DNA of 59,675 nucleotides, filler included, from Sphacelaria rigidula (lineage: Eukaryota): NCBI GenBank assembly GCA_964200075.2. It is 10 parts of 10 records of this genome, joined end to end, with 100 filler letters (N's around TTAATTAATTAA, not from the genome) between each part and the next. Parts side by side here need not be neighbours in the genome. Positions count along the whole stretch, not along the records: positions 35,869 to 41,745 come from CAXNAA020023794.1; positions 41,846 to 47,722 come from CAXNAA020023795.1; 8 more parts are not named here. One strand, given 5' to 3'. Made by a program: the position numbers and the translations under genes. Below are positions 36,187 through 47,722 of the stretch, piece after piece (within the stretch, counting starts at the first letter, position 1; each line of letters begins with the position of its first letter). The notes under the pieces are model-generated. The model was not told the DNA's origin. It made no database searches and was given only the letters and a program-made list of their open reading frames with translations.

Positions 36187-37596
36187 CTGAGGCCAAAATC
36201 AAAAATACAGTTTGAACACACACGTAAACACGTGCCGACAGAGAGGAACATCAGCTCGGTATGCTCGAGAGAAATATATAACTAGAGAGGAAAATATGAG
36301 CAGAGCAGGATGAAACCGAACCGAACAGAAAAGAAACGTTTTCGGTCTAATTACTGCAACTGGCCCTCAGTGCATAACATGCCGGAGGTTGAGGAGAGGA
36401 GCGAAATGTCGCAAAAAATAGACTAGGAAGCGCCCAACCTGAGGGGATGTGCGAAACACCGTCTTCGCCGAACGCCGTGCAGCCAACAGTACAGTACGTG
36501 CTTGCTCACTGAGAGGCAACCAAGTCGTTTGCGCATGAGCCTGAAATTTCGACCGGTATAAAGTCATGGAGCCTCTATGGCCTTCGACATACTTCGGTTT
36601 GAAAACTTGAAACGAATCGTCGAAACCACCTCATCCCATTCGCGGTCAGTACTGTAGGTCTCGCCAAGAAAAACGGACTTAACCCGCTACGTCAAAAGGG
36701 ATGAAGACTTACGAGAGCTAACAGCGGACGGGATGCTACACTTTTAAAGGGCCTAGAAGCCGGCTGAGTCTACAAAATTACAAACTGGGTAAACAAATAA
36801 ACGAGATGGCCATGTCTTCGAAACAGCCATGACCCGGGGCCCGCTGAGCATATCGTTGTGATCGAATAGTTAAGGCCATCACGTGGAACCATCCAATTTT
36901 GTAGTCCCTCGGGTTGGTGTCCTAATACTCGCGTCTCCGGTTAGGCACTTTTTTGCCATCGGGTTCTTGTAGCAACTCTCCGGCGAATTAGTTCCTCATG
37001 AAAGTTGAATGGCCCGACTTTGACCAAAGCTTCCTGAGCGTGTTGGTCCCGATGACTGTGAACGAACGCTGAAAACGTCTGATTCTGGGATTCGTCATCG
37101 TTCGAAAGTTATAGCTAAGACACTGCACTCTTCTCTATTGCTTCGTATGCAAGATAACTCTCCGGGCGATTTCGGAACAATGACAATACCTGCAAATACG
37201 GTCACACGGGGCTATTTTTTTTTAGTTGGGACTTGAAATGTTGACACGCGACTGTCTAGGTACTCGCCGACACATGCCCTGGACCTTGAGTCTGTTACTT
37301 TTTGTTTGGTCGAGATACGACCGACCAAGGTAACAGCCAACTCGACACGTCGGTCGTGTACCAACAACGAAACACAGACTCCAGCTTCAACACATATGCC
37401 GGCGAGTACGTTGCTAGTCGCGTCTCAAAAATTCAGGTCCCAACTCGAAGAGTTTGACTCCGCGTTTCGATCTTCGCGAATCCCCCAAGCTCTTGCCCGG
37501 CCCAGCTCGTGTAAGTCTAAAAGAGGGCCGGACCTGAAAATCACAAGGGCTCATTAACAGCGGACCGGATCTGAGACTAACTACAAGTCTCACGTA

Positions 37597-38975
37597 CAGG
37601 CTGGTTCACGCAAAAAAACAAAAAATCTGTCATGAGCAGATGTCTGCTGCAATACGCACCCAACAATGGCACACATGGTATCGTACTGACCGCAATGATC
37701 AGACAGAGAGGGTGACATAGCCGGATTTTTGTTCAAGGTTGTAGCGGTGGCGTAATGGACAAAAGTGTGTCTCGACCAATCAGCGCCTTTCGAATTTTCC
37801 CGAAATTGAAAATACAAATTCCAAGCCCAATTTCCACCGAATCTCCACATGCTTCAAATCGTAGTGACTGTCATCACCTCAGGAATCTAACGGGAGAATA
37901 GGATTTGAAACGGTTCGAAGGGGGTCGAATTATACCCGAGACCGTAATGTATCGGTGATAAGGAGTTTGGCGTGGTCTAATTTCCACTCATGATACGTAG
38001 GAAAGACTCAGGGAGCCTCGTGACGATTTTCCTTATATCATCGTCAAACTTAGCAGTTCCGTAGGTATTGATGCTCCAAATGGAAAAATTGTGCTCTTGG
38101 CAAAAGTTCAAAGTTTCTCCGTTCTCTGCCGACTTCTGGGGTTCCGAGTACAAAGACCCCCGGAAGGCGATACAGAATGACTCGAAAGAAGAAATAAAAT
38201 CACGGAGTTGGGAGTTTGCACGCTCTAAGCTCACATCCTCGCACAAACGCTTCAACTTTCACGCAGTTATTAGGAGTTAGACCCTGAAACTTCGCACAAA
38301 TATGCTATGAATCATTACGCACGATCCGATCAACGAGGTTTTTCCTACTACTTATATTTTTGACAGTTTTTCGGGGGTCCGACGAGATCCAAGTCGTTTT
38401 TTCGAAGTCGTCCATTTTGGGACCCCGGAAAACCGGCACAACGATATATGTTTTCATTTTTTTCGCGAACGCTCCGTCGCAGCAAAACCCAAGTAAGAAC
38501 CCCACAAGGTTTCGTGGCCAAACTCGATTAAGTGGTGCTTGAATTTTCATGTTCACGTCAAAGAAGGCCCAGAAACGCCATTTTTCATACTTGAATCTAG
38601 TAGTTTGCCGTTCCACCGTGGCACGGCAAGGTTCATCGAACAAACGCAAAAGACTTCAGGCCGTCAAAGGAGTTAGACCCTGAAATTTTGCACAGGTGTT
38701 CGATGGGTCAATACACAACTTTGGATGAACGCATTTTTTTCTGATTTTTTTTTTTACCGTTTTACGGGGTCCGACTGGATCAAAGGTTCCCCGAAGAAAC
38801 TGGGATCCCGACAAGACGGCGAAAAAAGTAAAAAAAAGTAAAACAAAAAATCGACGTTGAAAAGTTGCGTAGTGACCCATAGAACACTCGTGCAAATTTT
38901 CAGGGTCTAACTCCTTCAAACGGCGTGAAGTTTTGCCGATGAGTGTTTTTTAGGTCTTCACCGTGAACCAGCCTG
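37597..38975. mobile_element. Non-autonomous TIR element (Tc1/mariner-like) in an intron
   Basis: TA|CAGGCTGGTTCACG ... CGTGAACCAGCCTG|TA. Internal inverted repeat AAGGAGTTAGACCCTGAAA (~38667 / ~38898). No transposase ORF recognised. Confidence 0.7.
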
Positions 38976-39022
38976 TATTCAAAGCGAACTAGATAATTTC
39001 GTGGAGCATGACGATAACTCAC

Positions 39023-39130
39023 GTTGAAATTTTGGAAGAACTCCGGTCGGCTGACGACAGCACGGCCATGGGATCTAACTTTATTGAAATTGAACAGCTT
39101 GGGCGTAGCCACCTCCTCCGCATCCCACGC
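39023..39130 (-). CDS. NTase-fold protein exon C (AWDAEEVATPKLFNFNKVRSHGRAVVSRPEFFQNFN)
   Basis: TTTTCAG acceptor, GTGAGT donor, 108 bp, phase 0-0. Confidence 0.8.
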
Positions 39131-39525
39131 CTGAAAACAGCACATACAGGGTGAAAATGACAAAAAGACACATTCACACGCAGACACAAAAAAAAATCGA
39201 TTTCACGTCAAAATATAACTCGAACACAAGGATAAAATCCGGCTGATGAAACCAGAAAGCCAAGAAAAAAAAATGACGTCATCAAGCAAACCAACGGGCG
39301 TGAGTTGAAAATTGAAATAAACAACAAAATATTTGACAATATACAAGGAAGGACAAAAATGAACGAACAGACGAACGTACGTAAAGTAGAGCAAAATGCG
39401 AGAATATCTGGAAGCACTGTTGTCCTTTTGGGAGGTCGCCCATCATCGCGTACGATACGTGCGCTGTACGATTTGCTTTCGCACGCACAGACGCATAGAG
39501 CACAGACACACAGCAGACAGCACAC

Positions 39526-39807
39526 CTGAAACGTGAACAGCGAGGCATTCTCCAGTACGTCCATGAGGCCAAGGTAAGGGTTCAACACTTTATGAGACAT
39601 CAGCAGCTGCTGCTGCTGCTGCTGCTGTTGTCCCTCCAACGCAACCCCTCCTGCACCACCATCGCCCTCCCCGCCCGCTGCCACCAACCCCGCCTGGCGG
39701 GCAGCCTCGAGGAACGCCTCATGAGACACGGAGGCGTACAGGTGGCGGTACTCCTGGTCTTGTGCCCGCCAGTGCTCCCTCTGCGAGTTCGAGCTGATGT
39801 TGCACAC
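39526..39807 (-). CDS. NTase-fold protein exon B (VCNISSNSQREHW...polyQ...KVLNPYLGLMDVLENASLFTFQ)
   Basis: ATCCAG acceptor, CAG|GTGTGC donor, 282 bp, phase 0-0, coding-like composition. Confidence 0.78.
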
Positions 39808-41039
39808 CTGGATTTGCATGCGAGAGACGCGATAGCAGACTGGGTGTATGTGTTTGTTGGACGAAAGGACTACGAACGAAATAAGACCGGCGAGCTGAAG
39901 CGCTCCAGGACGTTGCAAGAAACGCTTTGGTTGGCGAGACTTGAGTGATTCGCGAAAACGGAAGGTGTTCCAAGTTTGTGCCTCGCCCCTTTGGAGCTTG
40001 TGGATGAAACGTTCCTGCCCAACAAGCGCAGTCTTCGCGTCATCACACCCTGGACGATAGATTACTTTGTTCAAAAAGTACACTGCGTACACGCTATGGA
40101 ATCTTTTGTCCACTGCAATAGACGCAATAGTCGGTGTTGTACGCAGTACACTTTTTCACAACGTACTTCGGATAATCAGAGTCGCGACCTGCTTTCCACG
40201 GCCTCCTTGCCCGAAGCCTGTACGGCGACAGGAGCTCGCCATTGTCTGTCCGTTTTTTCGCTCTCGAGATCGTTACCATTGGGCTGGCGTTGCTTTTGCC
40301 TCCCCATTTCACTTTTTCTTCCCTTCCTCCATCGTTTTTTCCTTCCCCATATGCGGCTTACTCTGCTCCCTCTCTCTTTTTCTCATAATCCCCCGTTCTC
40401 GAGTTTCCTTCAGCGGGTGCTTCTCTATCACTCACCTTGGGGTACGTCTGTCTGTCTAATAACCACGGCTGGATTCGCAGCGGATCCATTAGTATGTGCG
40501 ACGATCAACCATGAAAAAAATAAAATAAAATAATTCCGCAAGCTACCATGACCGCAGTCGTCGTTCTTTCGACACATATCAATTTTCGATGCAGTGCTTG
40601 CGGAATTAGACAAAACTACACACGCTGTAGTATGACAATGATGGTCCTGTGAACAACAGTGAACAACGGAATCTTATCTGCATCCACAAAACAACAAATC
40701 AGTCCACGGGTATATCCGTGGCTGCCTGATACTCAACAAGGAGATTCCGATACGATGCGAAAAATGGAAAAAATCGTATCACCTAGAGGCGTTACTACGG
40801 GGGGGGGGGGGGGGGTGCCATCTACTCTCAAGTCATCCCCTTCCTTGGAATGGGATCATGGTCCCACGGTATTGAATAATCCATGTCTCACCCGGTACCT
40901 TCCATGTTAGAACCGCGGAATTGCATGGGAACTCCAACGCCGCCTCCACTTTCGTCGACTTAGCTCTCTATGCTACTCATGTTGTGAAGTTTTCAACAAC
41001 GGAAATCAGATGTTTCTCGGACAAAAATAAATGTAAAAT

Positions 41040-41126
41040 GCATCTGCCAGGATTCGAACCCCCAAATCTTCCGCCCCAACCGGTTTCAGCTTGTACCCTT
41101 TATAATTTGTACCACTGAGGCGCGGC
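41040..41126 (-). mobile_element. tRNA-like (Pol III B-box) SINE head fragment
   Basis: Minus strand reads ...GGGGGTTCGAATCCTGG. No complete cloverleaf. Confidence 0.4.
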
Positions 41127-41369
41127 AGCTGAAGGTACAGAAAAACGTGTTGCACAGTACGGGAGATTGTGTGCCATTCAGCAGGCCCTAAACTCACTGC
41201 TCACCTGACGCATATATATAGAGAGAGAAAGAGAGATGACTGCCCGTCCTGCCGTGCGTATGGTACGATTTTGCGTACCCCCACAATTACCGCTGTGCAT
41301 TAATATCTGATTCTATCTACGAGACGAAGCTGTATTCTGCAGTATGTAGTGGCACGACAGAAAGCATAC

Positions 41370-41480
41370 CTCGTTGTAGATTCGCGAGCCAAGCATGGTC
41401 TGCAGCGCTACCCAATTGAGCTTCTCGAACACTAGCCCAATGTACTCGGATAGCAGGCCTTCGCACCAGTGCACATACAC
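41370..41480 (-). CDS. Probable exon A of the same NTase-fold gene (VYVHWCEGLLSEYIGLVFEKLNWVALQTMLGSRIYNE)
   Basis: CTTTCAG acceptor, GAG|GTATGC donor, 111 bp, phase 0-0, same strand and contig. Confidence 0.7.
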
Positions 41481-42428
41481 CTGAAAGTTTGAGAAAACAG
41501 CACACGTCGAACAGTTCATGAGCTACCAAGAATATCCAATGGAAGAGAACTGTCAGATCCGTTGTCCAAGAAAACAAAAAATACGACACAGCGGGGTCCG
41601 ACAAGTCAAAGCGCTACCTTTGCGCTACTCTGCGTGCAGCGCTTTAGGGAGTAAATTTGAAACGGGGGGGGGGGGGGGGGGGGGGCACAAATGAGCCAGC
41701 TCATGATCCGCATCCGGAGTAAAAAGAAGTGATATCCAGGTAGTTNNNNNNNNNNNNNNNNNNNNNNNNNNNNNNNNNNNNNNNNNNNNTTAATTAATTA
41801 ANNNNNNNNNNNNNNNNNNNNNNNNNNNNNNNNNNNNNNNNNNNNTCATCCCCATTGTGCGAGTTGAGGTTCTCCCACGCCGCACAACATGATCTAGCTC
41901 GACTACCATCATGGTTACCGCAAAAAAATGCAAACGCGCAAAAAAACCGGTAAGCTGGTTGCCTAGCTTACGCAGTGAGTGGCGTGTTTTATAGCGTCAT
42001 CGCCAACCGACGCGAACCCCGTCGGGGGTTTGCCCCCCTACAAAGCCGGGACGGAGCACGCCGGGTTCTCGCCGGGAGGGCGGGGGGGAGTCAAGGGACA
42101 GCAGTGGAATCCCTCCACCGGTGGGATTTCGAGTTTTACAGCCTGCATGTCAGCGAAAACAAGGCAGATGCAACAACACCCAACAACCCTTCGAGTTATA
42201 GATCTGCAGCACACGTGCCGAGCATATATCGAAGCGAAACAAGAGTAGAACGACACACCGGGCAGTCGTCATAGTCATATTCCATTGGCCCGCTGGATGT
42301 GGGTATCAGCACTGCACATTGGAGACCATGACGGGGCGCCCAGGAATCGAAAGCGGTTACTGGGTGTAGAGGGGGTGTTTCGGCCGGGTTCAGCTGCTTA
42401 TAATGACACTACTACAATCAATAGCAGT

Positions 42429-43724
42429 CAGGGTTGCACATCGGATATCGATAGTTGATACGATTTCGATAAATATCGGCGATATGCCATATCGATACCG
42501 GAGCGTAGAAAACCGATATATGTGATATGTATCAATATCGAATATCAATACCCAATATCGATACGCTCGATATTTTTGTTTATTTTTCGTCACATTAGCT
42601 CAATTTCCGCAGTATTCACAGGTTGCACGTGCGAGCATAGCTGTAGAGCGGTTGCCCGGTGTACAAATGGACGCAATATCTATTCGTAGGATAGGAGGCG
42701 ACAGAGTATCGCTGGTGCCTCGTGGGTTCAGGGCTTAGTGATGTGATTCAGCGAGGGGTGTTTACCAACGGCAACATACGGGTGGCGTGGCGGAGTAGAT
42801 ATGAGGTCACGATCAATGCAAAAATGCAGATAACAGTATAAACAGCTGTCCTTCGGAGTATGAGGAGATGGTACTGTCGCTTCGCCTTTCCTTCATGTTT
42901 TGACGAGTCTTAGATTTAATTTCCCTTCTATCCATTAGTCTGGACATTCTAATTGTTGCAAGCTTGTTGGTTTTTCTTCTTGGTTGGTGACATACAAAGA
43001 TATATTTTTTGGCATCCATAATTTAAAAATTGACGCATGTTGCCGACGTTTCCTGTTTTTGGTAGTGAAGAACGTTGGGAAAAAAGAGCTTGCATTTGAG
43101 TTTGTGCATGTTCGAGGTTTGATACCTTTTCCTTTTCAAATGATTGTACAGAGTCGAGGTATGCGCTCATTCGATCGAAACACACGGAATAGTGACACTA
43201 GAAATGAAAACAGTACAACCAATACCACACCCGGCCCGCTGTGATCAGCTACCTCTTGCACGACGACGAAAGATAGTCGCAAAACAGCTGTATCACTGCA
43301 TGCCGCCGCTGCTATGATGTCGATTTGCACACTACCCGCTGCTGTACATCATGTGTGCACTGCTGTCCACTGGAAACTACCGTAGGTTGCTTGAGATACC
43401 ACACCGTCAGGAGCGATTTTCAAAGCTCGATTAATTTCTCTCGAAGAGATGGTTGCGACGCCACCCAGTTCAGCCCCAGCATCGCTTCTGGTGAGGAGTA
43501 AGTGAGCTTAGAAAATCTGTACAGGGGATGTGGTATCTTACGCGACCCACAATAGTGAGTGAGGGTGTCAGTGTGCCAATGTACTGCTCGGTCTTGTATA
43601 CTGCAGCCATACCAAAGCAGTCGTATCGTATCGAACATCGACAAAAATATCGGTATCGGCGGTTGTGGTTCGATATTCTAAATATATCTATCGAACTTTA
43701 TTCTCGGTCCGATATGCAACCCTG
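42429..43724. mobile_element. Non-autonomous hAT-like element (1296 bp), probably in a PPR gene intron
   Basis: 17-bp TIR CAGGGTTGCA(C/T)ATCGGA with one mismatch, 8-bp TSD ATAGCAGT / ATGGCAGT (7/8), subterminal ATCGAT/ATATCG arrays at both ends. Confidence 0.9.
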
Positions 43725-43936
43725 ATGGCAGTACCGTGGGAAAAGCGAACAGACAAATAAAAACGAAACAAAATCCTCTCGTGAGACAGAGAACCCGACA
43801 CCCTGCGTAACCTGAACACGCCAGTCAATGCACACGCCTCGTACAGTACGTAGAGTCCACCGGCAACTCTGACTTCCATCACGAGTTATCTGAGAAAACG
43901 GTACGTTCTACTCGCGACCAACAACAAGTCGCTCAC

Positions 43937-44121
43937 CATTGTCCACTCTTTCCGCAGGCGCTGATGACGGTGTTGTAGGTTATGGTTACGGGAATAATCC
44001 CGTCTTCTCGCATAGAGCGCAGCAGCTTCACCGCCCTCTGCCACTGGTCGCTCCTCTCGCACGCGCTAATTACAGTGGAGTACACGATCGCGTTGGGGGC
44101 TAGCCCGGCCTCACGCATACC
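43937..44121 (-). CDS. Pentatricopeptide repeat protein, exon 2
   Basis: GMREAGLAPNAIVYSTVISACERSDQWQRAVKLLRSMREDGIIPVTITYNTVISACGKSGQW; GTCAG acceptor, GTGAGC donor. Confidence 0.93.
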
Positions 44122-44525
44122 CTGACGACGACAGCGTCAACCGTGACGTCAACACCCAAACATACACACATGATGAGCGCAACCAATGAGGTAGTGTTAA
44201 AGAGAAAAACGCGCAACACATCGTGCGATACGACCTATTTTGAACCAATTTTCTTGTCTCCATGGTGGAGTTTTCCAATTAGTTTTGCCCCAAAATGTGC
44301 CGTGGAATCGAGGCGAATCATCTTCACACGCTCTCGTGATTGCTGTGCGGAAAAAGCGAAGCAGCCGAGGGAGACTCGGGGGAGCTTGGTTGAGGCGAAA
44401 CGTGAGAACAACGCCTTGGAGCTCCCCCGCTTCTCGCGCTAGATATCGGTGCGATAATGAGTCTCCATAAATTTACATCGAAGGTTCTTTTGCCTTCATA
44501 TCCGTCTGCATACTTGATACGTTAC

Positions 44526-46091
44526 CTCAAGGTACTTGACGGAGTCCTCCCAATTTCCTCTCTTGGCGCATGCGCTGATGAGTGCGCCGTAGGTGAAAAC
44601 ATTCGGCCGCAGGCCCCGCTCCTTGGTCATTTCCCTAAATATGCCCTCCGCCCGCTTTTGCTTCTTGGCATTGGCGCATGCCGTGATCACATTGTTGTAT
44701 GATACCACGTTGGGCTCCACGCTGTGCCCCATCGCGGGGTACAGCTGTCTGGGCGCGGCGGCGGCGGCGGCGGCGGCCATGGTGTCGTTAGCCCCGCTAT
44801 TGTCTTCAAGCTGCGCCGCCGATGCATCGTTGATGTCGTCGTCGGTAATACCCGTTTCAACCTGGACTGGCGAAGCTCCTGTAGTTGTTGTTATCGATGT
44901 TGCTGTCGAGTCTTGTGGTGAGGTCGAAGACGCAGCAGCGGCGGCGGCGGCGGCGGCGGCGGCGGCGTTTGAGCGCGCGCGCATTTGCCGGAGAAGGCAG
45001 ATTGCTTGTTCCCACTGTGCGTCCTTGGCGTACGCCGCGAGCTGCATGTTCAACTCGTACAACTCGTCCGATTCCGCCCGCGGTGCTCTTGCCCAATATA
45101 CCGAGTCTTCCTCGTCGTCTTTGGTACCTGTTTCACCTGCTACTGCTGCCGCGGCCGCCGGCCGCCTCCCTTTGCCCGCTGTTGCTGTTGTTGGGCTATC
45201 AACAACAGCAGAATCACCATTTCTCGTACTGCTAACTGTTGGGATAGAAGGCGCCGAGATGTTGGTGGGTGCGGTAATAGCTTCCATTATCCGCCGCGCT
45301 GTGCTGCTAGCCTGCTCCCTCTTTCCTTCGCTATCCCCCCTCCCCGTCACATCTCCAACGGCGGCTCCGTCTTCCTGTTCTCCTTGAGAGCTGTCTTTTC
45401 GCTTGTCCAGCACCATGTTCGTCGTATTGCTGCTACTGTTACTACAAGTGGCAGAACTGGCAGCCGCCGAAGAGGAGGGTAAAGACGGTTCAACAGCTGC
45501 TCCTTGCACATCATTCGAGTTCAACATCGCCGCTGTTGCTGTTGTCACTGGTGCTGCTGGTGCTGCTGTTATTGCTGATGTTGTGGAGAGGACGGCGACT
45601 CTCCTCCTCCGCCCGCCGAAACCTCGGTCGGAGTTGTTGAAGCTGCCCGGTGCAGCAGCATGTGTCGTTGATGTCCAACCCATGACGACAGTCCCGCCAC
45701 TAGCGGATGTTGAGAGTGTGGCTTTTGCGGTACCCGAAATGCAGCAAGCACCAGCCCTCCGTCGCGGTGGTCTTCGTCTTGCTGCTTTGACTAGCTGTGG
45801 CGATAATGACTTTGTGCATCGAGTGCTGGCTCGAGCCTTGCCTGGACAGCAATACGCTGTAGTCCCATTACTGCGCACCCTTGAGGCTGCTGAACTTGCA
45901 GTAGTATCAACGAATACGCTGTGGCTGTCGCCTCTGACCCCAGTGCGCCCAGACACCATCGCAACCAGCATGCCCATCCCTGCCCTCGATAAGGTTCGAT
46001 TCGGTGCTCTTGACCGTACTGATTGCCCAGTGCCTTTGCAACGACGGGCAGGCATGCATCCAACGGTGTCAACAACTGTAGCACGAATCAT
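44526..46091 (-). CDS. Pentatricopeptide repeat protein, exon 1 (long low-complexity N-terminus, then PPR motifs); start codon uncertain
   Basis: 522-codon open frame with PNVVSYNNVITACANAK and PNVFTYGALISACAKRG. GAG|GTAACG donor in phase with exon 2. Confidence 0.9.
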
Positions 46092-47559
46092 GTGTGTTCG
46101 CTTCGTTGTCAAGTATCACTGCTACGCACAAAGCTGCGCCATTATCCACATTCCCCCGAGTTTCCACGACTTCATTGTTGTCCGCATATTTTACATAATC
46201 CTTCGCTTACCATACCATAGATTTATTGTCTTCAAGTGTTATGTATATTTGATATCCATTTTTGTTAACTATATGAACCAAAATATAGTGCGGAAGTATT
46301 GTTTATACCGTTGTTCGTGTCAGGAGCTTCAGTGCACGGACGCAGGGTATGATGGACCAAGCCGATGTGGAACGTATGAACCAAAAATAATATATGTGGA
46401 GGCGTTCTTGTTTGACCGGGGAATTCTGTTTGCTACTACCGCAGGCGTGGGGGGCGAGATGAACGGGATAAGCATCGAGAGTGCCCAACAGCCGACGTAT
46501 CAGTCTAGGCCAAGTTATCGACAAAAGTAAGCAGCTCGTTTGAGGTTGCACTTGCGGAATAATTGTGAAATGATCTATCCTGCCGGATAGGAAAGATCGA
46601 TCCTTTTGCTTGGATATGCCCCACCTTCGGCGGTTGCAGCCTTTGGAGATAGACTGAGTGTAATCAGGAAACCCTGTCCCGGAACCAGTCTCGCTTAACC
46701 CTTGATGGAATATACACCGTAGTACATTCTTCTTCTCCTTTGTATTTTATTGCTCTACGTCAAACTACTACTTTATTTCCTTTCAGATATATATGTCGCG
46801 TTCCGTCAAACTGTTCAACTATTTGACGGCGATAATTAACGCCAACACATCATACCGACTGCAAGTCGTGACCGACCAACGTTGTCGCACCTCAGATGAT
46901 TATTGCCCGTCGGCCTGCGGTGTCCGCGCCTGTTTTTTGCCTCTTCACGGGTATCCAGAGCCTCCGTCAATGCAATGCGAGAGATTATCCGGGGGGTTCT
47001 AGAGTCCGAGCTACAGGGGTGCACATACAACGTGAGTTCGCGCGACAAGCAGCACAACTCAATATCCCGGATTAGTGTACTCGTAGCAGTACCTTGTGTA
47101 ACGCCGTGATGCATTGAGCCGTTGGTGGCAGCATCTACGTGAAAAGCAGCACTGTGAGGCTCGGCTGGCCGCATACTGAGACTCATTAAAATATTAATGC
47201 ATCGTGCGATTCTTGAGGTAGAGCACCTGGGTCCGTCGACCGTATGCCGGGTTGGTCTAAGAATCGTGTGTTTCAACATGTATCGGACCCAAGTGCAACA
47301 CTTCCTCTGTCCCATGAATGGGACTTTCTACGATACTCCCCTCCCCCCCCCAAGAAGTGGCTGGTTTGGACAGGCAAAACCTACATGTAAATCGAAATGA
47401 AAAAAGACGAGCACAACGAGCAGCTGTTGATTCCCACGCTTCGGTTTGTTTTCGCCGATGTCGCCCGTATGGGGCGCTTCATGCAGCCTGAAACCAAACA
47501 TCAGCTCAGTATGACCATTTTCTTCGTGACAGTTTTGGGCTGGTTTTGGGAGGGAGGGG

Positions 47560-47722
47560 GGAGGGGTTGTACTCATGATCATGCATACCATAGTCGTAAG
47601 ACCATCGACCTCGCATCCCTACAAACCCGGGACGGAGCACACCGGATTTTCGCCGGATCAGGCTCGCACTCAATCACCAAGTGCGAAGCGCCCTGGTGTG
47701 TTCGGCGAGTCGCATGAAGGGT
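47560..47722 (+). repeat. High-copy repeat family G (also ~32255-32322, ~42030-42075, 50520-50705, 53655-53699 minus, 53800-53868 minus)
   Basis: Shared GACCTCGCATCCCTACAAA(G/C)CC(G)GGACGGAGCAC core. Three contig ends fall inside it. Confidence 0.9.

Noticed and set aside
39208..40113. 301-aa single-exon gene
   Set aside because: Only 39526-39807 has splice sites and coding character; the flanks read through intron.
44593..46530. Long plus-strand ORFs (264 and 375 aa)
   Set aside because: Antisense shadows of the GC-rich PPR exon.
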